DNA of 64,000 nt from a virus (IMGVR_UViG_3300047311_000323:134397-198396), one strand, 5' to 3'. Numbered from the stretch's first letter, positions 35,451 through 45,771 are shown. The notes: a model not told the origin generated them from the sequence alone. Made by a program: numbers and translations.

Positions 35451-36692
35451 CTACTTTGCTAATTCTAGCATTTTATCCAGGAAGTTATTTCCCCAGGTAC
35501 CATCCTTCATGCGGGACTTCATGATGAAGTCCTTCATATTCGAAGCTTTACCATCGAACATCTGAAAGAAGGGGGCCGTCCACAAGTTCAGGGACTTGTA
35601 GGTGACGGTTGTTAGAACAGCAAAAGTCTTCTTGTCACCGGGCATCAGTTTGTCAGCTTCAGCCTTGATAGAGGTGTAAGCCTCATCATGCTGCTTGATA
35701 ACCCTCTGAACACCCACCTTGATGGTCTGTAGATTCTTGACAATCTCTTCTGGTAGCATAGGAATGACATCGTCATCCTTTTCCGTCAGAATCAATTCCA
35801 CCATGTTACGTGGTGAAGTTGCCAGCGCATCACGCACCTTGTTGTAAGCCACGTAGGCTGCGTTCTTGACCTTGATTCGATTGAACTGTCCGTCTCGAAC
35901 AACAACGCCTTCATGCTCCATTGGGTTCAAGGAAGACACCCAATCAACAAGATCCTGTACAGTGGTGTATGTATGTGCTTGTACCAATGGTAACTTCTTT
36001 GGCAGAGCATCGATAATTGGGTGGTCGAAGCTTAGTTCACCAAGGGTGACCAGGTTTCGAACTGCCAACAACGTTACACCGTTGTTTGGGTAGTCTACAA
36101 CGATACGGTTGTATCGAGTAGTCAATTCAAAGCAGTAGGTGTGATGCTTATCAAGGGACCACTTGAAGCCCTCGAAGCCATAACCAGTGGTCTCCTCCAA
36201 AGCCTTCTCGAACAGAGTTCGGAAGGTGAAGAGGCCATTATCCATCAGCAAGTCTGCTTCTGGCACAGAACGAGTAGCTACGCACCACTTGTCCGTGAAC
36301 GGGTCATGGTACACAATGCACAAAGTTCCATCCAGCTTTTCCAGCACAGCCAACTTGGGGTCACTCCAATTGATATCAGCGGCAGAGCCCTGACCATGAT
36401 TGAAGAAGCGCTTCATTGGGTAAGCAAGAATCTTAGTCTTACCTGGACTGATGTGATCGTAGTTGGCGCGACCATTAACCTGCTGAGCATCGCGCGTGAA
36501 CGACTTGCCATCCTCAGCAGACAAGATTAGTCCGCGAGTTTCTTGAGACAAGGGATCAGACTCTCTTGCTTCAATCTGATCATAGTTCAAGGAGAACTTA
36601 TGGCCAGACTTAGAGAATGACGCATAGACACCGTGGTCTCGTGCCAAATCCCCAAACGTATGAGTTTCCAGATACTTTTGGACGAGTAACAT
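35451..36692 (-). CDS. T4 Rnl1-like RNA ligase
   Basis: YPMKRFFN, LEKLDGT, FELTT, EGVVVRD, IKVK. Confidence 0.88.
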   Translation of the reverse strand: MLLVQKYLETHTFGDLARDHGVYASFSKSGHKFSLNYDQIEARESDPLSQETRGLILSAEDGKSFTRDAQQVNGRANYDHISPGKTKILAYPMKRFFNHGQGSAADINWSDPKLAVLEKLDGTLCIVYHDPFTDKWCVATRSVPEADLLMDNGLFTFRTLFEKALEETTGYGFEGFKWSLDKHHTYCFELTTRYNRIVVDYPNNGVTLLAVRNLVTLGELSFDHPIIDALPKKLPLVQAHTYTTVQDLVDWVSSLNPMEHEGVVVRDGQFNRIKVKNAAYVAYNKVRDALATSPRNMVELILTEKDDDVIPMLPEEIVKNLQTIKVGVQRVIKQHDEAYTSIKAEADKLMPGDKKTFAVLTTVTYKSLNLWTAPFFQMFDGKASNMKDFIMKSRMKDGTWGNNFLDKMLELAK

Positions 36693-36693
36693 A

Positions 36694-36894
36694 TTATTCT
36701 TTCTTCTTGTTTAGAGCCGTCACGCGGTCAGCAACCATGTTGCCAACCCTATTCGCGATTAGCGAACCGATGATTCTAGCATCAGATTCACTCTCTGCAT
36801 TAGCCAACAGAACTTCGATTTCTTTATCCAGAAAAGCGCGGAAGGTTTCTTCACCACGTTCGGAAAGGAATCCATTTGCTTTGAACAGTTTCAT
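36694..36894 (-). CDS. Hypothetical protein
   Basis: 66-aa ORF, tightly packed. Confidence 0.65.
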   Translation of the reverse strand: MKLFKANGFLSERGEETFRAFLDKEIEVLLANAESESDARIIGSLIANRVGNMVADRVTALNKKKE

Positions 36895-37086
36895 TTAATA
36901 TCCCCTAAACCATCTAAATAGATTTTCATACCAAGGCATTAAGAAAGGCGCCAGCATAGCTTCCTTCTCTAATTGCTCCTGTCGTATTCTATTGCAACTA
37001 CGACAGGGCTGCGCTGACTCATGATCCCAACACCAGGGGATACACAAGCAGTCATGCCAAAGCTCTCCGCAATTCACACAGTACAT
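36895..37086 (-). CDS. Small Cys-rich hypothetical protein
   Basis: CVNC..HDCLC..CRSC. Confidence 0.6.
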   Translation of the reverse strand: MYCVNCGELWHDCLCIPWCWDHESAQPCRSCNRIRQEQLEKEAMLAPFLMPWYENLFRWFRGY

Positions 37087-37340
37087 TAGTCACTTGCCAC
37101 TCTTGTAGTTACCAAGGCCAGAAGACAGATGACTGTGGAGATTACTGTCGCCACACCAATTTGTGTTCCACTTTCGAGTGTGAAGGCTACCCCTCTAACT
37201 CCCATCGCCTTGAGAATAAGGATCATCCCAATCCATCCAGCAAAGAAGATGGGGACTTTGAAAAGCCATCCATCAATAAACAACTTGTACAGAATGTAGA
37301 TTCCAACAAGCAACATTAAACCAAACACAATGGCGCCCAT
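37086..37340 (-). CDS. Small membrane protein
   Basis: Three hydrophobic segments. Confidence 0.65.
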   Translation of the reverse strand: MGAIVFGLMLLVGIYILYKLFIDGWLFKVPIFFAGWIGMILILKAMGVRGVAFTLESGTQIGVATVISTVICLLALVTTRVASD

Positions 37341-37345
37341 GACAG

Positions 37346-38098
37346 TTAAACTCCTTGAATAGAAACGTTATGAAATGGAACTCGATCAATAAGATGAGTG
37401 CCAGAATTGATAATGTTTTGAACAAACTCGGGCCGTACATACTTGTAGCGGCCTAGCACTTGCTTCTCATCTTCGTGCTTGATATACAAGCCCTCTGCCA
37501 GATCGGATCTGTCGCATTGGCTAAGAAGCTCCTTCAGCTCAAGACCTTCCTTCTCGGACTTATTCCATAGCACTTCGGCCCAATGCTCCGACTGATACAT
37601 AGACCTTTTCACTAAACCAGTTAGCTGGCTTAGCTTGGTAGGTTTGAATGCAGCCAAAACAGGAACCGAGCGAATGAAATCTCGCCCAGATAGAAGGCTA
37701 GTTCTAGCAAATGTAGAAAGCCAAATCTCGTTCTTACGATCATAGATATCTGACTCAAAGAAGTAAGTTGGTAACCGATCATAGAAAATGTGATGCTTAT
37801 GCAGCATCCACTCTCCAAAGAGAACGTACCTATCCTCTAAGAGGTCGAACAGATCATCTTCATAGGTATCTACCCATGCATGAAGTCTGTGAAATTCTTT
37901 AGCAGTCGCAGGAGTTCCGCGATGCCAGAGTTGTGGTTGAAGCTGGCCGTCAAAGAAGATGGACACGCCAGTGCCGTCCAGCTTCTCTTCCACCGTGAGA
38001 AATTCACCAGCCAATTTAGGAAATTGTATGACCTCGGGGTCCTTAGTGGAGGACAGCCCGGAGGTTTCAATGTGTAGCGTTCGGGGCAGCTTGATCAT
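37346..38098 (-). CDS. ATP-dependent RNA/DNA ligase-family protein
   Basis: EEKLDGTG, GEWM, FESDI, EGLYIK, KYVR. Confidence 0.85.
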   Translation of the reverse strand: MIKLPRTLHIETSGLSSTKDPEVIQFPKLAGEFLTVEEKLDGTGVSIFFDGQLQPQLWHRGTPATAKEFHRLHAWVDTYEDDLFDLLEDRYVLFGEWMLHKHHIFYDRLPTYFFESDIYDRKNEIWLSTFARTSLLSGRDFIRSVPVLAAFKPTKLSQLTGLVKRSMYQSEHWAEVLWNKSEKEGLELKELLSQCDRSDLAEGLYIKHEDEKQVLGRYKYVRPEFVQNIINSGTHLIDRVPFHNVSIQGV

Positions 38099-38104
38099 AC
38101 CTAT

Positions 38105-38132
38105 ACTTTAATTCTGACAAATAGGGCGTCAA
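38105..38132 (-). promoter_or_regulatory. Sigma70-like promoter
   Basis: TTGACG-N16-TAAAGT just upstream of the ligase ATG. Confidence 0.6.
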
Positions 38133-38150
38133 GGTGGGCGGGAGAAAAAC

Positions 38151-38687
38151 TTATCTTTTCAGCTTAGCGAGCTTCTCTTCAAGGGCCTGAATCTCTTGTT
38201 GATGAACCCACTCATCATATTTCTGCTTCTCAACAAGATAGGCTTGATAGTTCTTCTCATATCGCTCTTGAGCTGCCTTGAACCCTTCTGGGTCGGCCTC
38301 GAAAGTTTTACTGTATGAGAAGGTTATCTCTTGCCCATAGATACCCATATCTCCAGTATCAAGGCTCAAAGACACCTTTACATCCGAAGGTTTTACACCT
38401 TCGGGCAACATATCTAGAATAGATTGAAGAGTCACCTGTGATAGCTTGGGATGATTACCTCTAGTATCTTTTTCATCTAGGGCGTCTTCGCAGTCACAAT
38501 CTTGTAACTCGCCATCTTTATAACCAAGTTCCTCATCACAATATTCGCAATACTGTCTATCATCATCACGACGATACTTCTCATAGAAACTGTAAATGGT
38601 TACATCTTCAGTTCTTGCTAGATAGTTCCGCTCCCAAGGCCGACTGTAATCCTTGCGAAACATATTGTTGATGAATGGCTCTTTCAT
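38151..38687 (-). CDS. Hypothetical protein
   Basis: 178-aa ORF, CEYC...CDC. Confidence 0.75.
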   Translation of the reverse strand: MKEPFINNMFRKDYSRPWERNYLARTEDVTIYSFYEKYRRDDDRQYCEYCDEELGYKDGELQDCDCEDALDEKDTRGNHPKLSQVTLQSILDMLPEGVKPSDVKVSLSLDTGDMGIYGQEITFSYSKTFEADPEGFKAAQERYEKNYQAYLVEKQKYDEWVHQQEIQALEEKLAKLKR

Positions 38688-39088
38688 GTACTTTTGTTCT
38701 TCAGTAACTGCTGATACTCTTTATCGTTATAAGCTTCTTCACGCTCTAAGAAAAAAGATTCAGTGAATGTTTCTTGCGCTTTACCATCTATATTAGAGAT
38801 AGTAAACAACTCCATCTTCACATAAGACTCATCCTCAGATAAGGTGGCTCGGTAAACATCGACGCATTCGCCGGCATCCAACTCTGCCACCTTATCTTTG
38901 ATGCCTTTAGTCTTGGGCCTTTTACTGTGAACCTCAAACTGTGGAATGTAGGTATAGTTACCATCATCTTTAGGATAGTTCCTAGTAAACAGGATGTATA
39001 CCTTACTCATCTCAGAAATCTCCGGGGGCGACTTGGAAGCAAACCAATCCCTTTGCACGCCAGAATTCCACAACTTGGTTGCGGTCAT
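38684..39088 (-). CDS. Hypothetical protein
   Basis: 134-aa ORF; start uncertain. Confidence 0.65.
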   Translation of the reverse strand: MTATKLWNSGVQRDWFASKSPPEISEMSKVYILFTRNYPKDDGNYTYIPQFEVHSKRPKTKGIKDKVAELDAGECVDVYRATLSEDESYVKMELFTISNIDGKAQETFTESFFLEREEAYNDKEYQQLLKNKST

Positions 39089-39974
39089 CTAGTACACAGA
39101 GGACGTTGTACTTACCTTCAATCTCGTTCTGATAGATTTCTTCCTTGATGATGGAGTCCTTTCGGAAGTCATCAGTCTTACGCATAAAGAGCTGATACTG
39201 AATTGGGTTGGCCGGGCCAATAGACAATACAGAACCAACCAAACAATACTTCTCGATGAACCTAATGGTTTCCGGTCGGTACTTGTCTTCACGCCCAGAA
39301 CAGAAGATGATCTGACGACCAGCCTTGTAATGAGCTAGAATGGTCTGAATAACTGGCCAGTTCGGCAAGTCCTTGACATCACAGTTAGAAGCGTCGTAAG
39401 GGCTTCGGCCATGAATCAAAGCTAGCGTACCGTCCAAGTCACAGAGGACAGCCTCTGACAAACCTGCAATGTACGGAGGCGCCTCTACAGCTTGGTTGTT
39501 ACCCCTCTGCTCCTTGTAGATTTCTACACGAGGCTTGAAGAACTTGAACTGCTTTCCGCCAGACTCCTTGAACCACTTCTTCATCACGTCATCGGGTACA
39601 CGAGCAGCGCCTTCACGCTTAGCGTTGCGCTCCATAGCTTCGTCCAACTCAATGTAGAAAGCCTTCTCGAAGACCTGGATATCTGCGTTGACTGACTTAG
39701 CAATCTTGCAGACATCATCGAAGTGACGACGGTTGATGTTCAAGTTGTCGATGATGACATTCTTCCCGCGCTTCAATGCATCTCGGATAAGATAGTTGCG
39801 GGCATCCGTAACCATCTTCTCGTAGTCTGCACTCCACACGCTACCATTCATCATGGCACGAAGATCATCATTATTTACTCTAACCCAGTTAGATGGGTCC
39901 TTGGCCACTACCTGCTTGGCGTAAGTTGACTTACCCGAACCAGGAATACCGACCAACATTTCTACCTTAATCAT
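39012..39974 (-). CDS. Polynucleotide 5'-kinase/3'-phosphatase (T4 PseT-like)
   Basis: GIPGSGKST, VNNDDLR, CDLDGTL, SGR, LDDR. Confidence 0.92.
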   Translation of the reverse strand: MIKVEMLVGIPGSGKSTYAKQVVAKDPSNWVRVNNDDLRAMMNGSVWSADYEKMVTDARNYLIRDALKRGKNVIIDNLNINRRHFDDVCKIAKSVNADIQVFEKAFYIELDEAMERNAKREGAARVPDDVMKKWFKESGGKQFKFFKPRVEIYKEQRGNNQAVEAPPYIAGLSEAVLCDLDGTLALIHGRSPYDASNCDVKDLPNWPVIQTILAHYKAGRQIIFCSGREDKYRPETIRFIEKYCLVGSVLSIGPANPIQYQLFMRKTDDFRKDSIIKEEIYQNEIEGKYNVLCVLDDRNQVVEFWRAKGLVCFQVAPGDF

Positions 39975-40906
39975 TTGAAAAACTCCGCGTGATCTACATA
40001 TTGAATTCCGGCCCTCTTAGCGAAGGTCTCGTCCGTAGTCATATCTCCAACGAAGATACATTCTTTACGGTTTAGTTTATGTTTCAGCATGAACTCTACG
40101 AAAACTCCGGGCATTGGCTTCCTGCAATAACAGGAGAGTGGTGCTGACTGGTGAGGGCAGAATCGATATTCAATATCAATCCCAAGCTGCTGATTCGTAT
40201 AGTCAAACAGCTCAATGGCCGTCTGCTCAGTCAACTCGCCTTTATGAATGCCACTCTGGTTAGAAAGCCCCAACAGAATGTATCCTTTGTCTTTGTAAGC
40301 TTGGAGCACCTTGGCTCGACCAGGTTTAATCTCAATCTGATCCTTGGATACCGGGAACTTCTCGTTACCACCAATGCATTCACGCAAGGTTCCATCGTAG
40401 TCTACGATGATTGCCTTATTGGTGAACTCTGGGTTATCCAGACGAACGAACTTCTGAACCTCCACCTTGGAGAAGCCTTCTTCAACGGCTGGCTTCTGAA
40501 ACTCCTTCTTGTACTTGAACAAGACGGTGGGAGGAAAGATATTGGTGTGCTTGGCAGCTTTGATGGCTTCCGGGGTCGGAAACTTGCCAATCAACCCAAT
40601 AGCTCGCTGTACCACATTGAACTGTGCCTCTTCGATAGTGGTGCCCATCAGTGTACAGCTAACGTCAGCATTGTACTGCTTAGCTAAGTCTATGAAGGGC
40701 TTACGCACCTCAATAGTAGGGAAGGTATTGTCAAGAACGACATCCTTACCATCCTTGAGCAATGCCTCCAACTTAGGCAGAAGTCCGACAATGGTACCAC
40801 CCTCGGTATCCCTATTCAGGGAAACGGCACCTTTCTTAATCAGGTCTTTAGTAACCGTACTCTTACCCGATGCTGGGTAGCCCACAACCATCTTAACTGC
40901 TGACAT
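39971..40906 (-). CDS. Second kinase plus HAD phosphatase fusion (PNKP-like, GmhB-type phosphatase)
   Basis: GYPASGKST, VDYDGTL, SNQSG, CYCRKP, VGD. Confidence 0.85.
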   Translation of the reverse strand: MSAVKMVVGYPASGKSTVTKDLIKKGAVSLNRDTEGGTIVGLLPKLEALLKDGKDVVLDNTFPTIEVRKPFIDLAKQYNADVSCTLMGTTIEEAQFNVVQRAIGLIGKFPTPEAIKAAKHTNIFPPTVLFKYKKEFQKPAVEEGFSKVEVQKFVRLDNPEFTNKAIIVDYDGTLRECIGGNEKFPVSKDQIEIKPGRAKVLQAYKDKGYILLGLSNQSGIHKGELTEQTAIELFDYTNQQLGIDIEYRFCPHQSAPLSCYCRKPMPGVFVEFMLKHKLNRKECIFVGDMTTDETFAKRAGIQYVDHAEFFK

Positions 40907-41265
40907 TATAACTTACCTATTTCCTTTTCCAATTCAACTTCAGCTTGTTCCAATTCCGCATTAGATGCTTCCACCTGAACTCGTGTGGCCTCAAGATCAG
41001 CCACACGAGTTTTGTTCTTGGCAATTTGCATAGCCGCCTCCTTCTCAATACGAGAGAAGGTAATCTCATTGACTTTAGTAAAAGACCAAATGAATGTCCA
41101 ATAGAAAGGCCAAAGGACAGATGCAGCTATTCTTTTATCACTGTCATCCATACTGCCATAATGGAACACTTCGCTGGGCCAGCGATACTTGGCATAACCA
41201 TGCGTTGCCCCAGCACCCACTATGTAAAGAATGACACCTAATAGAATACCAAGAAAGATGAACAT
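40906..41265 (-). CDS. Membrane protein with a C-terminal coiled coil
   Basis: Hydrophobic N-terminus. Confidence 0.7.
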   Translation of the reverse strand: MFIFLGILLGVILYIVGAGATHGYAKYRWPSEVFHYGSMDDSDKRIAASVLWPFYWTFIWSFTKVNEITFSRIEKEAAMQIAKNKTRVADLEATRVQVEASNAELEQAEVELEKEIGKL

Positions 41266-41273
41266 TACCTAAC

Positions 41274-42497
41274 TCACTTATTCAATTCCCGAAGCGCCCT
41301 AACAGCGACGGCATCCATTGCCGTTGAGGTGGGAGAGCTTGACGAACCCATACTGATGCTAGGCACCTGGGGTTGTGCACCATAAGCAGCCGCCCAAGCC
41401 TTTTGGATCTCAACCGTAGCTTCGATCTTCTTGGCCTGATAGTTGTCGGACTGCATTGCCAATCTCTTGGCATCTGCTTCAGCCTTAGCTGTAGTCACAG
41501 TCTCTTGTGCGCTCAATCTAGCGGTATCAAGAGATAGCGCAGCAACTTCCTTGTTCTTGGTAGCCTGAGTTACAGCAACAGCCTTCTCTTGCTCAGCAAC
41601 CGTTACAGCGGTAGCCTTCTGAACTTCCTGGTCCCACTTGGCCTTAGCTGCGGCAGCCTTACCTTGCAACTCAACAGTAATAGCATCCTGCTCAGCCTTC
41701 TTGCTGTTTACGATGGCCTGTTGAACTGCGTTGATAGCTTCCTGCTGCTGCTTGATCTGTGCCTCTACGACAGTATCATACTCAATGCTGTTGACGGTGA
41801 TGTTGTTAGCGCTCATTCCAAATCTCTGGATGGGCGACTCTTCTTCACGAAGCACGCCGTTAGGTGACTTGAGGTCAATCTTGGGGCGAACAATATCAAC
41901 AGTCTTCTCTTGCTGAGTCAGCGGGTCAGTCGTCTTGACCTGCTCGTGCTCAGTACGATAGACACCATAGACAATCTGGTCAGTGATGTAGTTGATGAGG
42001 TCAGCACGCTTTTCAGCATAGGACTCTCGGCTGCTCATCAAAGGGCCGCTCATGTACACGCCCTTGTTCACTACCTGCTGGATCAACTCATGGTCGATGG
42101 CCTTCATGGAGTGAAAAGTCTTATGAACTTCCAACATCTTGTTGGGGTCTAGTGGGAGTGTGTAACGAAGGGAGCCGGAGATGTTACCGTGACCACCATC
42201 GTTGAACCTCACCTTGATAGCATCGTCAGTCTTCTTGCCTTCATCTTCTCGGGCAGAGAACCAGAACTGAGCGCTTCGCTTATAGCGGGTGATAGTGCCG
42301 AAGTTCTGCCAATGGACACCTGGAGTGTTCCACACATGCAACTCGCCACCAACCAAGTCTTGCTTTACTACAATCTCATCGGCATCTACTGTGGTTACCA
42401 TATTGGCAATCAATATGATACCTACAATCAATACGCCAATACCAAGTCCAATCTTGACAAGCAATTTGAACATAGTACCTTCATTTTTCAAACTCAT
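41274..42497 (-). CDS. SPFH/Band 7 domain protein
   Basis: N-terminal TM segment, SPFH-like body, Ala/Glu/Lys coiled coil. Confidence 0.8.
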   Translation of the reverse strand: MSLKNEGTMFKLLVKIGLGIGVLIVGIILIANMVTTVDADEIVVKQDLVGGELHVWNTPGVHWQNFGTITRYKRSAQFWFSAREDEGKKTDDAIKVRFNDGGHGNISGSLRYTLPLDPNKMLEVHKTFHSMKAIDHELIQQVVNKGVYMSGPLMSSRESYAEKRADLINYITDQIVYGVYRTEHEQVKTTDPLTQQEKTVDIVRPKIDLKSPNGVLREEESPIQRFGMSANNITVNSIEYDTVVEAQIKQQQEAINAVQQAIVNSKKAEQDAITVELQGKAAAAKAKWDQEVQKATAVTVAEQEKAVAVTQATKNKEVAALSLDTARLSAQETVTTAKAEADAKRLAMQSDNYQAKKIEATVEIQKAWAAAYGAQPQVPSISMGSSSSPTSTAMDAVAVRALRELNK

Positions 42498-42771
42498 TTA
42501 TACGTCTCCTATTAATCTGTTGTTGAAATTTTTCATCCTCTTCATCGTCTTGAAGAGTTTCTTCTATCATTGTATTGTAGAGCTTGCTTCGCTCTTTTTC
42601 TAAACGAGCGGCCTCAACTTCAAGGCGTGCATGTTCAAGTCTTTCTTTTGCTTCAGCTAATGGGTTCCTCTTTTTAGGAACCACAGCTCGCACCAACTTG
42701 ACTAGTGGTATTCCAATCAAGAATACACTACTGATCAGTAATGCTACCAGTAACAATTGTTCAAGCCACAT
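42481..42771 (-). CDS. Membrane-anchored coiled-coil protein
   Basis: GAGGA SD before MWLEQ. Confidence 0.7.
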   Translation of the reverse strand: MWLEQLLLVALLISSVFLIGIPLVKLVRAVVPKKRNPLAEAKERLEHARLEVEAARLEKERSKLYNTMIEETLQDDEEDEKFQQQINRRRINEFEK

Positions 42772-42778
42772 TGTTTCC

Positions 42779-43048
42779 TCAATCCGAATAGGTGACCGGA
42801 AAATCCGTGACAACACCTTCTGTAATCAATTCCCAATCATCGGCTGATAAATCTTGTAAACTAAGGGATAATGAAAACTCACCTTTAGTGCAAGAGTTAC
42901 TGAAACTTCCCATAATACGATCATGAGATTCGTAAATATAGTCAACAGATTTCCAGGCGAGCCTTCTAACTCGATAGCCATGCCTCATATAGCCGGCAGC
43001 AGTATGAATGTCCATAAAAGTAAAAAGCCAGCAAACGCCGGCCCTCAT
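42779..43048 (-). CDS. Hypothetical protein
   Basis: G..VRRLAW...DLSADDWE pattern. Confidence 0.6.
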   Translation of the reverse strand: MRAGVCWLFTFMDIHTAAGYMRHGYRVRRLAWKSVDYIYESHDRIMGSFSNSCTKGEFSLSLSLQDLSADDWELITEGVVTDFPVTYSD

Positions 43049-43079
43049 GCTAGATATTTAGTTGTATCTTGATGGCGAA

Positions 43080-43406
43080 TTATTCGCCGGTCTTAGTCAT
43101 TACGAAGTTGCTAATTTCAGCCAAAGAAGTCAATCCAACTTTATATCCAATAGATTTACCATCATTGAAGAGCATCAATGTAGGAACTCCACGAATACCT
43201 AGCTTAGAAGCTACGGCTGGAGCATCATCGATATCTACTTTGCAAACTTTCACGTTAACGTTGTCAGTTGCAAACTTTTCAACGATTGGTAGTTGTCTTT
43301 GGCAAGGTCCACACCAAGTGGCTCCAAAATCAACTAGAACTGGGACTTCCGATTGGAGAACTTCCGCTTCGAAATTATTATCATCTACATGCACAATATT
43401 ACTCAT
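43080..43406 (-). CDS. trxA: Thioredoxin
   Basis: VDFGATWCGPCQ, IRGVPTL. Confidence 0.95.
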   Translation of the reverse strand: MSNIVHVDDNNFEAEVLQSEVPVLVDFGATWCGPCQRQLPIVEKFATDNVNVKVCKVDIDDAPAVASKLGIRGVPTLMLFNDGKSIGYKVGLTSLAEISNFVMTKTGE

Positions 43407-43422
43407 TTAGCCTCACTGCGAG

Positions 43423-43450
43423 AACATAAATCCTATAAATTAGGTGTCAA
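43423..43450 (-). promoter_or_regulatory. Sigma70-like promoter
   Basis: TTGACA-N16-TATGTT. Confidence 0.6.
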
Positions 43451-43460
43451 GGGTGCGTCA

Positions 43461-44567
43461 TCACTTCTTGAACGTAACGTTTTCGCTCAACTTATTGAAG
43501 AGGTCAAAAAATGGCTTACAAGTATATAGTTTATGGACTCTAATCATATCAAAATCGAAAGAGTTATGTAGCCCCATAATCTGTACTTCGGACTCTACTT
43601 TACATTGCTGGAAAAAGTTACAAAGGTTCTCTAGATATGCAAATCTATTCTTAGATTTGTCTTTAAAGACTCTCTGTTTCGCATAGTAACATGCAGATAT
43701 TACGAAGACCAACTTCTCAGTAGGAACTAAGTCATCGTAATTGAGAGACATTTCGCCACGGTCAATTAGCGTATGAACGTGAGGTTCAAACTTGCGATAA
43801 TGTTCATACCAAATTTGGAACCTCATCCCCGCTTCACTTCCGACGTAACCGGAGATGATTTGGGTGACCGAGTCTATATCGGACATCTTGAGTTCTTTAG
43901 CGCGCATCAAAGCATCAGATGCCCATGTCCAACTTCTTGGAGATGGTGAAGCGTAAACAGAATCTTCTATCTTACCACAAGCATACTCGGGGTCACTACG
44001 CAAAAATCCTAAGATAAGGTCATGAACGTTGTGTGCCTTGGCCCAATCTACCCACTTCTCAAAGTTAAACTGTAGAATGAACTTGGCGCCACGATCCAAG
44101 AGAGCAGAACTTATCTCGTTGGAGTAGGCGCCTTCATTTGCTAGATTACCAGTGAGTATACAGGAGACAGCGTTGATTGGTGTGCCATTAATCTTCTTGA
44201 AGAGTAGAATCTCTAACAAGGGAGCCGTTACTTCCGGCTGAACCTTATCTACCTCATCAAACAGGATGACACTGTCCGCCTTGTATCCATCTAGTAGTTT
44301 GGGTAGGAAGTAAGGTGACTTGAAGTTGATGACATCACCAGGCGTATTCATGTCAGGATAGCCGGCCAGGTCGGGCCTTTCAATCACGCTCAGGTTGATG
44401 TAATTGATTTTGAGGCCACACTCTTTGGCAGCTTGGATAGCAATGTCTGTCTTACCAACTCCTCGCCTGCCAAACAGAAATACATTATGTTTTGATTGGA
44501 TGAAGAATTTAGTAAGATTGAGAGCTTGCTCCTGATCTAATTCTTGTAAGTTTAAAGCATTCGACAT
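43461..44567 (-). CDS. MoxR-type AAA+ ATPase (copy 1)
   Basis: GRRGVGKT, ILFDE, TGN, LLDRG, SPRSW. Confidence 0.88.
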   Translation of the reverse strand: MSNALNLQELDQEQALNLTKFFIQSKHNVFLFGRRGVGKTDIAIQAAKECGLKINYINLSVIERPDLAGYPDMNTPGDVINFKSPYFLPKLLDGYKADSVILFDEVDKVQPEVTAPLLEILLFKKINGTPINAVSCILTGNLANEGAYSNEISSALLDRGAKFILQFNFEKWVDWAKAHNVHDLILGFLRSDPEYACGKIEDSVYASPSPRSWTWASDALMRAKELKMSDIDSVTQIISGYVGSEAGMRFQIWYEHYRKFEPHVHTLIDRGEMSLNYDDLVPTEKLVFVISACYYAKQRVFKDKSKNRFAYLENLCNFFQQCKVESEVQIMGLHNSFDFDMIRVHKLYTCKPFFDLFNKLSENVTFKK

Positions 44568-44575
44568 GTTTCCCT

Positions 44576-44610
44576 TGAGATATCACATGACTATATAACA
44601 TGATATCTCA
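44576..44610. repeat. Perfect 10-bp inverted repeat enclosing a TATATA motif
   Basis: TGAGATATCA-N15-TGATATCTCA. Confidence 0.8.
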
Positions 44611-45543
44611 CATAAAAGGAACCAGGTGCTTTACCTCTGGGGAATTCTTGTAAAGGGAGAAAAACTTATCAATCAATTCCTGATCTTTAGATTTGACGAT
44701 ACTCCGCAATAACTCTTTCTTATTCTTGTTGGAGCCCAATGTTAATAGATAATCCCACCTACCCTCTTGCTCCGCCCGATGATACAGGCGAGCAATAGTC
44801 CCAGGGATGTCGTTAATGTGAACTTCTATAAACTGAGTTAGAGAATAGCAAGATTCTAATTGCTCAATTGAAATTGGTGTATTTCGTAATGCAGTAGCAA
44901 ACTTATCTTGGTCGCCGTTTTTACGAAGGGAATCAGTTAGAAAATTGCGGGTATCAGATTTAGTCCAATCCAATACTTTAGCGTACCAGAGATTGCCAAG
45001 CTCTAACGCTCGCACTATCAGGAGCACTTGATCTTTTTGTGGTAGCTTCTCTACTAAAACTAGATTGCGGAAACTTCGGTACTCTCCAGCATCCAGCATT
45101 TTCAGAAGAAGAGTATACTTATCCATCCCAATAGATGGGACAATCTTATCAATCAATTCAATCCAGGTATCTGGATTGGCATACTCGCTAAAGTGAGCAA
45201 TCAAGTCTGCTAGAATATGATTCTCAGTTCGTATGTCATGCCGATTCATAAAGATGAATTGGTCAACGCCTTCAGACTTGAGTAGCATATGAGATACTAC
45301 CTGTCTATTAAGCGTCTTGCTAAGATACTTGGTCTGCTCATTCTTCTCCAAGTGATAAGCCATATTCAATAGCTTCTCAGGATGAATGTTACCTTGTATC
45401 CGGCGAGAGACGTAGCTTTGAAATAACGGATGATAGACGTTATCATTCTTTAGAAAGTCACACAGTGCGTCTAATTGCTTCTTAGATGCAGTTGGCTCCT
45501 CTAATTTCCGAAGGACAACCTCAAACTTTGACTTCTTGAACAT
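44608..45543 (-). CDS. Hypothetical protein (C-terminus EVKHLVPFM)
   Basis: 311-aa ORF. Confidence 0.8.
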   Translation of the reverse strand: MFKKSKFEVVLRKLEEPTASKKQLDALCDFLKNDNVYHPLFQSYVSRRIQGNIHPEKLLNMAYHLEKNEQTKYLSKTLNRQVVSHMLLKSEGVDQFIFMNRHDIRTENHILADLIAHFSEYANPDTWIELIDKIVPSIGMDKYTLLLKMLDAGEYRSFRNLVLVEKLPQKDQVLLIVRALELGNLWYAKVLDWTKSDTRNFLTDSLRKNGDQDKFATALRNTPISIEQLESCYSLTQFIEVHINDIPGTIARLYHRAEQEGRWDYLLTLGSNKNKKELLRSIVKSKDQELIDKFFSLYKNSPEVKHLVPFM

Positions 45544-45546
45544 GAC

Positions 45547-45771
45547 TCAATTGTACTGGACTTTCCGATCCTTCAACTCATTGAGGAACTGTGGGATAAA
45601 GAAAGCGGAATCAAAAACTTGAATAGCCACCTCAGCCTGCTCGTTTCCCTCTTCAATAGCTTGTTTCTTGAAAGCTTCCACTTCCATATTAGCCATTTCA
45701 GCGGAGATAGTCTGTGAAACCAAATGCCATTTGTTCTTTGGCTTGCTCTTCAGATAGATTCCGTGAATCAT
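45547..45771 (-). CDS. Hypothetical protein
   Basis: AAGGA SD before MIHGIY. Confidence 0.7.
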   Translation of the reverse strand: MIHGIYLKSKPKNKWHLVSQTISAEMANMEVEAFKKQAIEEGNEQAEVAIQVFDSAFFIPQFLNELKDRKVQYN

